Below, piece after piece: positions 49,922 to 62,419 of a DNA stretch of 64,000 bases. The stretch spans positions 41,726,001-41,790,000 of the forward strand of contig OX597837.1 of the NCBI GenBank assembly GCA_951406725.2. Direction: 5' to 3'. How positions within the stretch are numbered: position 1 is the first letter of the stretch; each line of letters begins with the position of its first letter. Under the pieces are notes generated by a model, which worked only from the letters and a program-made list of their open reading frames with translations, was not told the DNA's origin and made no database searches. The translations under genes were made by a program, and so were the position numbers. Origin of the DNA: Octopus vulgaris (Eukaryota).

Positions 49922-50877
49922 CTATATTTCATCAAAAAATTCAAACCAAGTTTGAACACCCTGGGCCAGGAATATTAAAACAAAACATTGGTCTTCCGAA
50001 AAAGAAAAACGAAACTCTACCACAACCACTACGACTGCTCCCACTAGCACTACTACTACTACGGCCACAGTGAGAGAATTAAAATAGTGGAGGTGGGGGC
50101 AATTACAATTTCTCAGATCCTAAACAGTCATTCCCGCTGGCAGTGGTAATGTCTTAGGGAAGGAAAAATTTATAAAAAGATTTTTTTCTCTGCGAGCAGA
50201 TCTGATTTTGATTCGTCAGAAAATTGACGTTTTACCTCAGTGGTCAAGCTTGTCGCCCTGCTTGGTTGGTTTCCTTACAAAATACAGTTATGGGTCAGGT
50301 CTGATTTTGATTCGTTAAAAAATTGATGACGTTTTTCTTCCGTGGTCAAACTAGTCGTTCTGCTAGGTTGGTTTCCAAAACAGGATACAGTTGGGGGTCT
50401 TTTCCTTATATTCGTTGAAGCTTGGTTTTGATTGGTTTGGAATTATATGACGTCAGTGAACAGTGCCAGAGACCACGACCACTACTGCTTTCACAGCCAC
50501 AGCTTAGCTGATATAAACCCAACCATCACCAAGTTTACCAAAATTACGCCAACAGACGACGACCAAGAATCACTACTGTTGCTCCCATTGGAACACAAGG
50601 TAAAATCTATAACGAACTCCTGCACTACACTTGACAAAACAGTAAGGAACGACTATGGATTTTTTTCTATTATACTCCTTATAATATATTTTTCGCCTTT
50701 CCAAGAACATGGATTCTATTGAATGTATATAGCATGGACTCTATTGAATGTATGTAACAATTATGAACTGTTCCATTATACACTTTATTATAAATTTTTT
50801 TGATAAGGTTCGTTATTTCAAGAACTGAAACATGTAAAATTAAAATTTATCTAATATGGTGGCATTTTTTACAAATC
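49922..50877 (+). mobile_element. Family A ORF end plus pLTR in inverted orientation
   Basis: YFIKKFKPSLNTLGQEY-stop matches the end of ORF 45679..47406. It contains ttgataag-gttc...gaac-tgaaa-catg-ta and ends ttttttacaaat, as does 44826-44930 on the minus strand. Confidence 0.85.
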
Positions 50878-50879
50878 TT

Positions 50880-51650
50880 TACACTTTTTTTAAAAACTTA
50901 GGCCTTAGGATTACCTTAGAATCCAACTTAACGAAAGCTAACTTCCTTGACGTTACCCTCGACTTAAAAACCTCACTTTATTACCCGTACCGCAAACCAA
51001 ATGAATCCCTTAGATATATAGACATTAATTCCAACCACCCCAAAAATATATTAGACAACCTAGTAAAAAGTGTCTCAATTAGAATATCTAGCCTGTCCGC
51101 TACTGAAGATATCTTTAATGCAGCAGCGCCCTATTGCAACGAGGCCCTGGCTCGCAGTGGCTTTAAAGATAAGATCACCTATACTAGTATAGCCCCACGC
51201 CAACCCAGGAAAAATAGGCGAAGACACATTAGCTGGTACAACCCCCCCTTCAACCATGAGGTCGTTACACCTGTAGCTAAAATCTTCTTCACTCTCCTAC
51301 AGAAACACTTCCCCACCCAACATAAGTACTACACTATCCTAAATAAGAACACCATTAGACTCTCCTACTCTACCACGCCCAATCTAGCCAGGAACCTAGC
51401 CAACAACAACGTGAAAAAACTTAATATATCTACTTTTTCCGAGGCCCATCCAACATCCGATAGCAATTGCAACTGCCCTGATAAAACCACTTGCCCCCTC
51501 AACAACAACTGCCTACAGAGGGACCTTGTCTATACATGCGAGGTACAATCAGGCCCCGATGATAAAAGAAAATCGTACATCGGAATGACGTCAAACAGCT
51601 TTAAGACCCGCTGATACGCCCACACACACTCGTTCCGGCGACCTGATAAA
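50880..51650 (+). pseudogene. Penelope-like YRDD-type element, RT C-terminal half and endonuclease start
   Basis: NFLDVTLDL, SNHP, WYNPPF, CNC..CPL...CL, LVYTC...YIGMT (ORF 50856..51614). Confidence 0.88.
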
Positions 51651-51674
51651 AATATATATATATATATATATAGT

Positions 51675-54010
51675 CATCTAACGCCACACGTAGCTACCAG
51701 CAAACGGTATCCTCTACTGTCCATGACCTCATCTCGTCCTCCCATCTCCCCCACACCGCACGCAACCTAATTGTGCGAACCCCACGCACCCCCACCATTT
51801 ACTTCCTCCCCAAAATCCACAAACCCAACAACCCTGGCCGCCCCATTGTCTGCGCCTGCAACTGCCCCACGGAGCTCATTTCAAAATACCTCGACCATGT
51901 CCTTGCACCCCCCCCCCCCCCCCCCTAGTGGCGCCTCTTCCCTCAAACATCCACGGCACCAACCATGCTCTCTGGCTGTTCAACTCTTTCTCCTTTCCTC
52001 CCGGCTCCTCCAAAATATTTTTTACAATGGACATCCAGAGTCTCTATACCGTCATCCCTCACCACGAAGGACTGAGGGCACTTTAATACTTTCTCGACCT
52101 CCGCCCCAACCCTGAACCCAATACCTCCACACTCATTCGTCTGGCCGAACTTGTCCTTTCTCTTAACTGCTTCTCGTTTGTGGGCGAGTTCTACCAACAG
52201 ATTCCGAGAGTGGCCATGGGAACACGAATGGGCCCCAACTATGCGAACCTGTTCGTTGGCTATGTTGAGGCCCAAATATTCTCTAATTTCACTGGTCCAA
52301 CTCCCGAACTATAAGGTCGTTGCATTGACGACATTATCGGTGCCACCTCACTCTCCCGTGAACATCTCGATTCCTTCCTCTCTTTCGTTCAATCCTTCCA
52401 TCCTGCCCTCCACTTCACCTCCACTATTTCCAACACCTATGTCTCCTTCCTCAACATTTCGGTCAGCATTCATCACTCCACTCTTACCACCTCCATTCAC
52501 TACAAACACACACTCACACCTAAACTTCTCTTCCTCCCACCCAAACACACCAAGCTTTCCATCCCCTATTCCCAATTCCTCCGTCTACGTAGGCTCTGTA
52601 GTGACGGCCATGACTTTGAGACTCAACTTCATCCTACGTGGATACCCCCTCACCACTATCCACACCGCCCTTGCCAGAGCACGTTCCGTAGACCGTGCAT
52701 CTGCTCTCTCCCCCCGAACCCGCCCTGTAGTCTCCCGCCTCCATTTTCCCCTCACCACCCCACGACCCTACCTCTCCAACGCACCATTCTTCGAGCTTTC
52801 CAGCATCTCCAGTCCGACCCGTCCACTTCACACCTCTTCCCTAACCGACCCCTCCCCTCCTTCAAACGAGCCCATAACCTACGAGACCTTTTGGTCCACA
52901 GCTCCTTCCTTGACCCTACCTCCCAACCTGGCTCGTTCCCCTGCTCCCGCCCACGTTGTCACACTTGCACTTACCTTTCCAACACCACCCTCCTCACTGG
53001 TACCCATCATCGACCCTATCACATCATCAACTCCTTCACCTGCACCTCCAGCAATATCATCTATTGCATCTCTTGCTCTCTCTGCCATTCCCTGTACATC
53101 GGACAAACGGGACGCCGCTTGGCTGACCGGTTCGCGGAACACCTCCATGACATCCTCTTTGCCAACAACACCGGTCTCACGCCATTTCTGCTCCACCGGC
53201 CACTCCTTGCAACACCTGTCTGTTTGGTTTGTCCTTGCACAGAGGCCATCCGGATTCCCGTTTGCGCCGTGAACAGGGATTAATCTTCTCTCTTTGCTCT
53301 TTTATGCCATTTGGTCTCAACTCTCCCCCCTCCTCATCTAATCTCCCTCCCGACTCCTGCTTCTCTTCGGTCCTTCATCTTTTCACCCCTACTCTTTCCC
53401 TCTTCTTTCCTCTTTCTTCTTCTCTCTTTCTCTCTGCTCCCTCACTCCCTTCTCCCCCTTTCCCCCTCCTCATCACCCCCTCATCTCACTCTCACCCCTC
53501 CTTTCCTTCTCTCCCATCTCGCCCCCCTCATCTCACCCTCCTCACACTCACCTTCCCACCCCCTCATCTCCTCCCCTCACCGTCTCTCCCTCCCCCACTC
53601 TCCCCCTCATCTCCCCTCTCTACACTACACCATACGACATTACACATCGCATACATACACACGTCCAGACCTTTCATAGGCACCACATACTCTCTCTTAC
53701 ACACACGCACCCTTATGTTGGGGTGAAGTCATTTGACCCTGTTAACTCCCCTATTTTCGCTCTTGCGTCTCACGTTTGATCTCTGACTTCTGGCCGGAAT
53801 CAGATCGCCATGTTGAATCACTAGCTTCTGCATGCATTTTTTCTCTCCTTGTTTCTCTCTGTGTTTCTTTTCTGTGTATCTTTCTGTCGAAGAGCGTGGG
53901 CTCGAAACGTAAAAGACTTGTTTTATTTATATTCCTGAGCGCCATACTAATACAATTGTTTGTTTGTATTCCACCTGCCTTCGTCTTTTGTTTATTTTCA
54001 TAAAGCTTCT
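51675..54010 (+). pseudogene. Penelope-like family D (C-rich) RT + GIY-YIG + tail
   Basis: FTMDIQSLYTVIPH, VAMGTRMGPNYANLF, CIDD, CSRPRCHTC, NIIYCISC..C..LYIGQT, PFGLN. Confidence 0.88.
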
Positions 54011-54080
54011 CGTTATATATATATACATACATACACACATACATACACACATACATACACACATACATACACACATACAT

Positions 54081-54111
<31 letters not shown>

Positions 54112-54112
54112 A

Positions 54113-57100
54113 GAATGGAGAAAGTAAACATAGAGTTTTCCCCTAAGGACATCCCCTTACACAGTAAGGATGAATATATCTGGCTACTAATCCATAGAAT
54201 TAACGATTTCCTTAGAAGAATTAGATGGAAAACTTACCATTTTGATATCAAGTGGAATAAGGACCCTCAAGCAAGGAATACTGATAGGAGTTATAAGAGA
54301 ATTTTTAGAAACAGAAAGAGCCCGCCTCCGAACCCACTCCTGGAAAATTTCGAAAAAGATTTACTGAATCTTATAGAGGATATTAAATTCAAAGAACATC
54401 CGTTAAGATACAATCCTCACCTTAAATATCTCAGAAATTTTATTTATTCGACTCGGAATAAGTAAGGAATCTTAGTGCCAGCAGATAAAACTGGTAATCT
54501 TTATAGATTAGATTAGATTAGATTACGCTCTTTATTGCAAACTAATTAAGAAAGAACTCAAATATAAAATAACAACCAGGAATAATTTGAAAAAAAATAA
54601 ATCTGGAAATGAAAGAAATTATGGAAAAGGTACAATTTAATGGATAGAACAGAGCCTCTTAAACCGTGTGAACCTAAAATCAACCTTAAGGACCACAAAA
54701 GAAATTTCCTAGAAATTCCTTTTCCTTCCCTTCCAGCCCCTCACACCTCCTCTTCACCTTACACATAAAATCCCTGTATACGGTAATTCCCCACGACGAC
54801 AGTCTCTTAGCCCTCCAACACTTCCCTGACCCCAGCACCCCCACCCTTCTCCGCCTGGCTGAGCTCGTCCTCACCCTCAACTGTTTCACGTTCGCCGGGA
54901 AAACGTACCAACTGTTGTCTGGGGTCGCGATGGGAACAAGAATGGGCCCCAATTTCGCCAATCTCTTTGTTGGCTACATTTGTTGGCCCAAGTATTCTCC
55001 CAATTCTCTGGGCCGACCCCAGAACTATACGGTCGCTACATAGACGACTGCATAGGCGCCACCTCCCTTTCCCGCGAACTTCTCTGCCACTTCATCTCTT
55101 TCCTCTCTAACTTCCACCCCTCTCTACAATTCACTTCCACCATCTCCAATACTTCTGTTAACTTCCTTGATATCTCTCTCACCACCTCCGCCTTCTTCAA
55201 ACCCACGGATTCCCACCTCTATCTCAACTTCTCCTCCCACACCAAACGGGCCATCCCCTACTCCCAGTTCCTCCGCCTCCGACGCTTGTGCAGCTGCGAC
55301 CAGGATTTCGAGACCGTCTCAATACCTGGCCTGCCTGTTCAGGCATCCAGGATACCCACCTACCCTGGTCTTGAACACCCGCGCTCGTTGCATCGACCGC
55401 ACCACCGCTCTTTCTCCTTCCTCTCACCCATCCCCCAACCGCACCCCCTTTTCCCTCCTTTTCCACCCCTCTACTCTACCCCTTCGTCGGAAGATACTAT
55501 GGTCCTTCTAAGAGAAATAAAAAAAAAAAAAGAAATTATGGAAAGATACAATTTAACGGATAGAACAGAACTGCTCATACTGTGTGAACCTAGAATTAAC
55601 CTTAAGGACCACAAAAGGAATTTCTTAGAAAACCTGTCGGTAAGGCTTATTTGTCCAACTAAGTCAGATATTGACCGACTTAGTAAATCTATCCTTGACA
55701 TTGTTCTACCCCAAATAACCCCGCTTCTTCCCTTAAGTTTATGGATAAATACCGATGAGGTATTAAAATTGTTTAACTCCCTAACCAATACTAATAATCT
55801 GGCCTTTATTCAATTCGACACAAATAACTATTACTCTAGTATTTCCCCTATTCTGTTAAATAAATCACTCATATTCGCTATGAATCGCTCCCTCATATCT
55901 AGAGAAGAAATCGACATTGTACTATTAGCTAGAAAAGCATTTATAGAGTTTGAGGGAAAATTATGGACCAGAGCAGACACCCCTAATAATTTCGATATAC
56001 CAATGGGTTCCAGTGATTTGGCTGAGGTGACTAATTTAGTAGGTGCATATCTACTAAAATGCATAAAAAAATGAGATCCCGGAATTGCAAGGTGGTTTAT
56101 ATAGGGATGATGCTTTGTTTGTTATCCCTAGCAATAATAAATCGAGCATTAAAAGGATTAGAAAGAAAATTAATAGGTTCTTTAAAGATTTCAACCTTAG
56201 CATAACCTATGAACCAGGCACTAAAATAGTCAATTTTCTAGATATTACATTAGACCTTAACTCTAAGCTACATTACCCATTTAGAAAAGAAGGCGAAATC
56301 ACAAGTTACGTAAATGAATTATTAAATCTTCCCCCAAATATAATTAATATTTTGGCCGCCCCATCGTTTCCGCCTGTAATTGTCCCACCGAACGCATTAC
56401 CCTATACCTCGACTGCATCCTGTCCCCTTTAGTCGCTGCCCTCCCATCCCACATTCATGACACTAACCATGCCCTCCGTCTCTTCAATTCCTTTTCCTTC
56501 CCTCCCAGCCCCTCACACCTCTTCACCTTAGACATCAAATCCCTTTACACTGCGATTCCCCACAACGACTGTCTCTTAGCCCTCCAATTTTTCCTCGACC
56601 GTTGCCCTGACCCCACACACAGGACCCCCCCACTCTCTCACCACCTTCGCCTTCTTCAAACCCACGGATTCCCACCTCTACCTCAACTTCTCCTCCTCCC
56701 ATCCCTTCCACACCAAACGGGCCATCCACATCTCCCAGTTTCTCCGCCTCCGACGCTTCTGCAGTCGCGACCAGGATTTTGAGACCCAGTCTCAGTACCT
56801 GGCCCGCCTGTTCAGGCATCGAGGATACCTCCCAACCCTGGTCTTGAACGCCCTTGCCCATGCTCGTCGAAAAGACCGCACCACCGCCCTTTCTCCTTTC
56901 TCTCACCAACCCCCTGACCGCACCCCTTTCCCCATCTTTTCCACTCCTCCACTCTACCCCTTCGTCGGAGGATACTACGTGCCTTCCGCCGTCTCCAGCT
57001 CGATCCCATGACCCGCCCCATTTTCCCCAACCCACCCCTGTCCTTCAAATGAGCCCGGAATCTATGCGATCTCCTGGTCCGTAGCACCCCTCTCTTCTTC

Positions 57101-57900
57101 CCCCTCAGCCCCACATGGTTCCTTCCCATGCTCCAGATCCCGCTGCAACACCTGCCCCTTCATCTTCCAACCAGCAAACTGTACGTATCAGACATTCTTT
57201 TACGTGTACTTCGTGTGGTCCCATATACTGCATAAAATGCAACCTCTGCGGGATGCTTTATGTAGGACAGATGAGCCGCCGACTGGCCGACCGGTTCGCC
57301 GAACATCTAAGGGATGTTTGGCTGCGTTCCAACTCTCCTGTCGCCTGTCACTTCCACTCGGCCAACCATTCCCCCGGTGACATCTGTGTTTGGTCTCGCC
57401 CCACACAACGGACCTCCACAATCCAGGCTTCATTTGGACCAACGGTTCATTTTCACTTTACAGACCAATACCCCACACGGACTCAACACAGCCCCCTCCT
57501 CTTAGTGACTGCGTCTCCACCTCCCGCAACAAGCAACTTTATTTTTTCCTTCTTTTCTTTTTTTCTTTGTCTTTTTTCATTTTCCTTTCTCACGTGCTAT
57601 TACGTCTTTTATTTTATTTTTTACTTTTTTATTGTTCATATTTTTTTTTATTTTAATGTTTTTATAGATTATTGTTCTTATACACACACACACACTCATG
57701 TATCCACAAACACACACATACAACATACATGCACATGTACACTCACGCATATATACATGCACATGTACACACACATACTTCCACACATACACACACGCAT
57801 ATATACACACGCACACGAATGCACACACCCAACACTCACAACCACACAGATACACGTATATACACCCATATACGCTTACTAGTTCCTCTGCTTTTTTTTT
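54113..57900 (+). pseudogene. Alternating mosaic of Penelope-like families C and D (C-D-C-D)
   Basis: Family C at about 54113-54718 and 55505-56350 (mirror of 38390-39740). Family D at about 54718-55490 and 56355-57500 (YIDD, GVAMGTRMGP, LYVGQ). ORF 54980..56074 runs across a D-to-C junction. Confidence 0.88.
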
Positions 57901-58049
57901 TCTTTAACAAAACTGTCTGGAAACTCTGAGTAACAGCTATTTTCTGCTGCTTTTAAATAGAGCATACTACTTTACCTCTGGTATTTGAGTACTCTTCTTT
58001 CCACCTTGTTTCACATTTATGTGCTTACTCCGGTATATATATATATATA

Positions 58050-58094
<45 letters not shown>

Positions 58095-58132
58095 ATCATA
58101 ATGTGATACAAGTCTTTGGTGTAGCAATTGCA

Positions 58133-58227
58133 TGCGGCTGAAGAGGGCTTTTGAACTATCTGTTATGTCGATTATGCATTGATGTAAGAATAAGTTGCTC
58201 TATAAAGCTCGAAACATATGTACCGCA
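58133..58227 (+). ncRNA. Type I hammerhead ribozyme motif
   Basis: tgcgg CTGAAGA gggcttt ... aaagctc GAAA catatg TA ccgca: complete core, stems I and II, palindromic stem III and a GUA cleavage triplet. Confidence 0.82.
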
Positions 58228-58452
58228 ACATCCTTTGTCCTGTTTTTCATTTATTTCATTTGATACACACACACACCCATATATATGTATGTATGTATAT
58301 ATATATATATATGTTTAATGAAATGGATAAATGAATTATGACGTCAGCGCATATTGAGAGACAGTTTTGTGCCATTTTTACCATGGGCTCCTAGGGAGCG
58401 TTTTGTTCGAAAAGCTTGCTGCGCATTTGTTTTGAGATTTTAAATTCCTGGA

Positions 58453-58536
58453 TTTTCCTGAAGAGAAAGCTGCAGAATGGTCTCCTTATTCAATCCGAAT
58501 TTGGGAATTTGCAGCCTTTGAAACATGTGTAGAAAA
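58453..58536 (+). ncRNA. Type I hammerhead ribozyme motif
   Basis: ttttc CTGAAGA gaaagctgcag ... ttgcagccttt GAAA catgtg TA gaaaa. Confidence 0.78.
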
Positions 58537-58597
58537 TAATAAAAAGGAATTTTGTAGAATCTTCGTTCGGCTCCATTTCTTCCCTTCACTAAATATA

Positions 58598-58647
<50 letters not shown>

Positions 58648-59364
58648 GTGTATACACACACACACACACACAATCTTTGTCTTGCCAACTGACGTAAATT
58701 CACTTAATTGCAATCCAACATGGCTTCAAAGTCCAGAGCTGTTCCCATCTGCATCATTTTTCCAAAACTTTTGCACATTTAAAATTACTGAAGCCCCCAC
58801 ACCCACACACACACCCACCCATTTTTATTTTAAACACTCTGAGAAATAAATTATATGTGATAACTGCAGAAATAATCTGAGCCTAGGTGTCTTTTTCAAA
58901 TATTATTACATCTGTGAAATTGTAAACCTGGCTTTTCAGTTGATTTTGATTGTTATAAATATATATATATTTATTGTTGTAATATGGATGTTTTTTATTA
59001 ATTTTTTTTTCTTTCTACATGGATTTTGTATTTTATTTTCAAATAAATTTTATTTCGCAAAATAGTGTTTTTGTTTTTGTTTTTCTTTCTAATTTTGGAG
59101 ATGTACTTGCATAGCAAGTGACCTGATCTGAGATCATGTGCTGGAACAAAAACAATTGCAGTGTGGAGGGTGTTTATAAACCATTTAAGAAACACACAAA
59201 AACCGTTAGATTCACTTCAACATTTAGATTTAATTTAAAATATTTTTGTTGCTTTGAGACTGTGACCTATTCACTGACAAAACTTTGTGCTGCATCTGAG
59301 AAAGTAGCAGTTCATGATATATATATGTACGTATGTATGTATGTTAGTTAAGTTAATTTTTTGG

Positions 59365-59715
59365 CTCAAAAAGCAAAAAGCAAGGCCATGTAGGGGGACA
59401 TGGAGTTATGTACGGGGTGGTGTACATGCAAAGTGTTCAGGCCATTTGTGGTCAAGGGAGATTTTGAACCGAGCGGTCGTCGGCATCTTCACTATTTCGT
59501 CCGGCAGCTTATTCCACGGATCCGCAACCCGGATGGAGAAAGCCCCTCTCCTTCGATTGAGATGAAGTCGTCGCAGATAGAGCTTTTCGGAGTGACCCCG
59601 CAGCCGACATTCTGGAGCAGGAGTGAAGAACAGCTCTTTCGAGAGGTTACACTTATGATGTGAGCAAGAATGAGATCTCCACGGCGTCGTCGTTTTTCTA
59701 GAGAATATAGGTACA
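59365..59715 (-). mobile_element. CR1-type LINE 3' end
   Basis: LYSLEKRRRRGDLILAH, followed by a decayed C-terminus and a short-repeat tail. Confidence 0.75.
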
Positions 59716-61177
59716 AAGCCTAAATTTTAGGGGAAGGAGTGAGTCAAGTACACAGAGCACCTAGTGTTCAGCTGGTGTTCATTTTATCAACCGCTTATGA
59801 TGTAATATGTGTATGTGTGTATGTGTGCATGCCTATATGCATGTATGTACTTACATATGTAATTTCTAATTTTGGATTTTTGTAAACGTCCTTATCAATT
59901 GTTTTAACATTTCCGTTTCCACTTAGGACAAATAAGCATGTGTTTGAACCAACAAAACTCTACCCCAATAATATACCCTTCTTTTAACCCCACTGTCTAT
60001 TTCCAGGTAGATTTTGTGGTGTAAAGCTTCATTTTTAAAAGTAATATAACTTGCCGTCTGAGAGTGATTTGACTGGTTTTCCTGTTTCCTTATCTGATAC
60101 ACCAGTCGTATATATATATATATACATATATATGTGTGTGTGTGTTTGTTCCCCCAACATCACTTGGCAACCAATGCTGGTGTGTTTACGTCCCTGTAAC
60201 TTAGTGGTTCAGCAAAAGACACTGATAGAATAAGTACTGGGCTTACAAAGAATAAGTCCTGGGGTCGATTTGCTCTACTAAAGGCGGTGCTCCAGCATGG
60301 CCACAGTCAAATGACTGAAACGAGTAAAAAGAGGGAGTAAAGAGTAAATCCGGCTAAAAATACCAACTTGTTTTGTTGTCCAGATCTAGCCTCACACCAG
60401 CCCTACAATGTCATTCTGAAAAAATAAATAGCTACCATACTGGAATCTCAATTATGCATTACTTTTGACAATAATTATCATTAATTCTTTAGTATTCAAA
60501 TTAGTTTACTAAGTTCCTTCAAATTTTGGGGGTTATTATTTTCAAATTTTATGCAAAACATGTAGGTAATGTATATTTTTGTCAGAAACATCGTTATGAA
60601 AAAATGTTAAAGTAATCTAAGTTCTAATGAGCTGGAAAATTTGAAAATTTTTATTTATATTTATTTATGAAATATCACCAAATAAGAGGAAATACTAAAA
60701 TAAATGAAAAATAAAATAAAAAATTTATCCATTCAAAACATCAAAGGGTTGATAAAACAGAAAACTCATTAAATTATCAATTTTAATGAGGACTGGTGCC
60801 ATCAGAAATTACCTTTCTTTTAGCACAATGATATTTACTGCAAATTGGAAATTTCTGATCTAACTTTCATTGTCAGAAATGACAATTTGTGAAGCCTTTG
60901 ATGTCATCAAATTTTAAAAATTTACATATAAAAGATGAATTGATTTCAGTTCAGAATTAAAAACATGATTCTGCAAAATAATGGTTTCAAATTCTGGTAG
61001 AGGATGGGGGAGAATTTTAGAAGAGGTTAGGTCAATTTACATTGACCCCAGTACTCAACTGGTACTTATTTTATCAACCCTGAAAGAATGAAAGGCAAAA
61101 TCGACCTCTTTGAGCAGAATTTGAACTCAGAATGTGTGCTTTGGCAGGGTGACAATTCTGCCAACTTGCTGCCTTAA

Positions 61178-61398
61178 CCCTTTTGTGTTCGCATTATTCT
61201 GCCAAAATTAATCCTTTTTCACCCTCATTGCCTTGAACTAATCATGCATTATCTTGTAGCTATGAGATTTTGATGAGGTAGCTGTTAATTTTTCAAACGA
61301 CATTGTAGGGCTGGTGTGAGAGACCGGATCTGGCCAGTTTGAACATAAAACAGGCAGAATACTTTTGGCCGGATTTGGCCAGTTTAAATGCTAAAGGG
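61178..61398. mobile_element. piggyBac-type MITE
   Basis: ttaa|cccttttgtgttc ... aaatgctaaaggg|ttaa. The right end resembles the piggyBac terminus at 28339-28374. Confidence 0.75.
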
Positions 61399-61841
61399 TT
61401 AATCAGAGAATGAAATAATAATAATTACTATTTTAAATTTTTGCTGGAAGAGCAGCTTGGGGGTTGATTACATCGACCTCAGTAGTCAACTGGTATTTAT
61501 TTTATTGACCCCCGAAAGGATGAAAAGCAAAGTTGACCTTGGCAGATTTTGAACTCAGAATGTAGTGACAGACAAAATACCGCTAAGCATTTTGTCCAGT
61601 ATGCTAACAATTCTGCTAGGTCACCCCACCTTAATGATAATAATAATAATCCTTTCTACTACAGGTGCAAAGCCTAAATTTTAGGGGAAGGTGTGAGTCA
61701 AGTACACTGACCACCCCACTAGTGTTCAGCTGGTGTTCATTTTATCAACATCAAAAAGCAAAAGTCGACCTAGGCAGGATTTGAACTTGGACTGTAAGGC
61801 TGGAAGAAATGTTGCTAAGCATTTCGTTCAACGCAGTAGAC

Positions 61842-62419
61842 CAGCGTTTCTCAACTGGAGTTCCCCAGAGCCCTAGGGTTCTGCAAGAAAGTGTGAGATA
61901 AGCTAATGCTAGTTTCATGATCCTAATATACATACACAACATATTAGTTATTGTAATATAGACGTCATCCTATCTAACCTATTATGTTATCAAAAAAATA
62001 TAACAACCATAAAAAATAATAAATGCACCCTTTTAAAGCCTAGTCAGGCTCATGGGTCCACTTTCTATAGTGTATGTATTCCCCAGCTGGACAGGACGCC
62101 AGTCCATCGCAGCGTTACTCATTTTTGGCAGCTGAGTGGACTGGAGCAACGTGAAATGAAGTGTTTTGCTCAAGAACAGAACGTGTTGCCCAGTCCAGGA
62201 ATCGAAACCACAATCTTACGATCATGATGCTGACACTCTTACCACTAAGCCACACACCTCCACTATATAACAACCATATATATATATTTTTTTTTTACCA
62301 TGTGAACTATGTTGAAAAATATGAGAAAGATATGGTATATAATTTTTTTTGTGCAGGGATTCTTTGAGATGTAATTTATTTTAAGGGTTACGCAAGGGTA
62401 AAGGGGCTGAGAAGCACTG
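61842..62419. mobile_element. hAT-type MITE containing a SINE
   Basis: TIRs cagcgtttctcaac / gctgagaagcactg; 8-bp TSD cagtagac / cactagac. A minus-strand tRNA-headed SINE with a ctgcgatggactggcgtcctgtccag (V-domain-like) core sits at about 62020-62262. Confidence 0.7.

Noticed and set aside
51612-51614. In-frame TGA in a YRDD-type PLE as possible selenocysteine (reported for some Naiad elements)
   Set aside because: It falls at FKTR*YAH, an aromatic (Trp-like) position rather than a Cys position, and the nearby Cys motif is normally encoded. Most likely a TGG-to-TGA nonsense change.
12834-57900. One giant cargo-carrying element (Helitron, Polinton or Terminon-like)
   Set aside because: No bounding termini, TSD, capsid, polB or intact helicase gene was seen. 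The content is unrelated families with their own LTRs and TIRs. A template-jumping origin is kept only as an alternative hypothesis.
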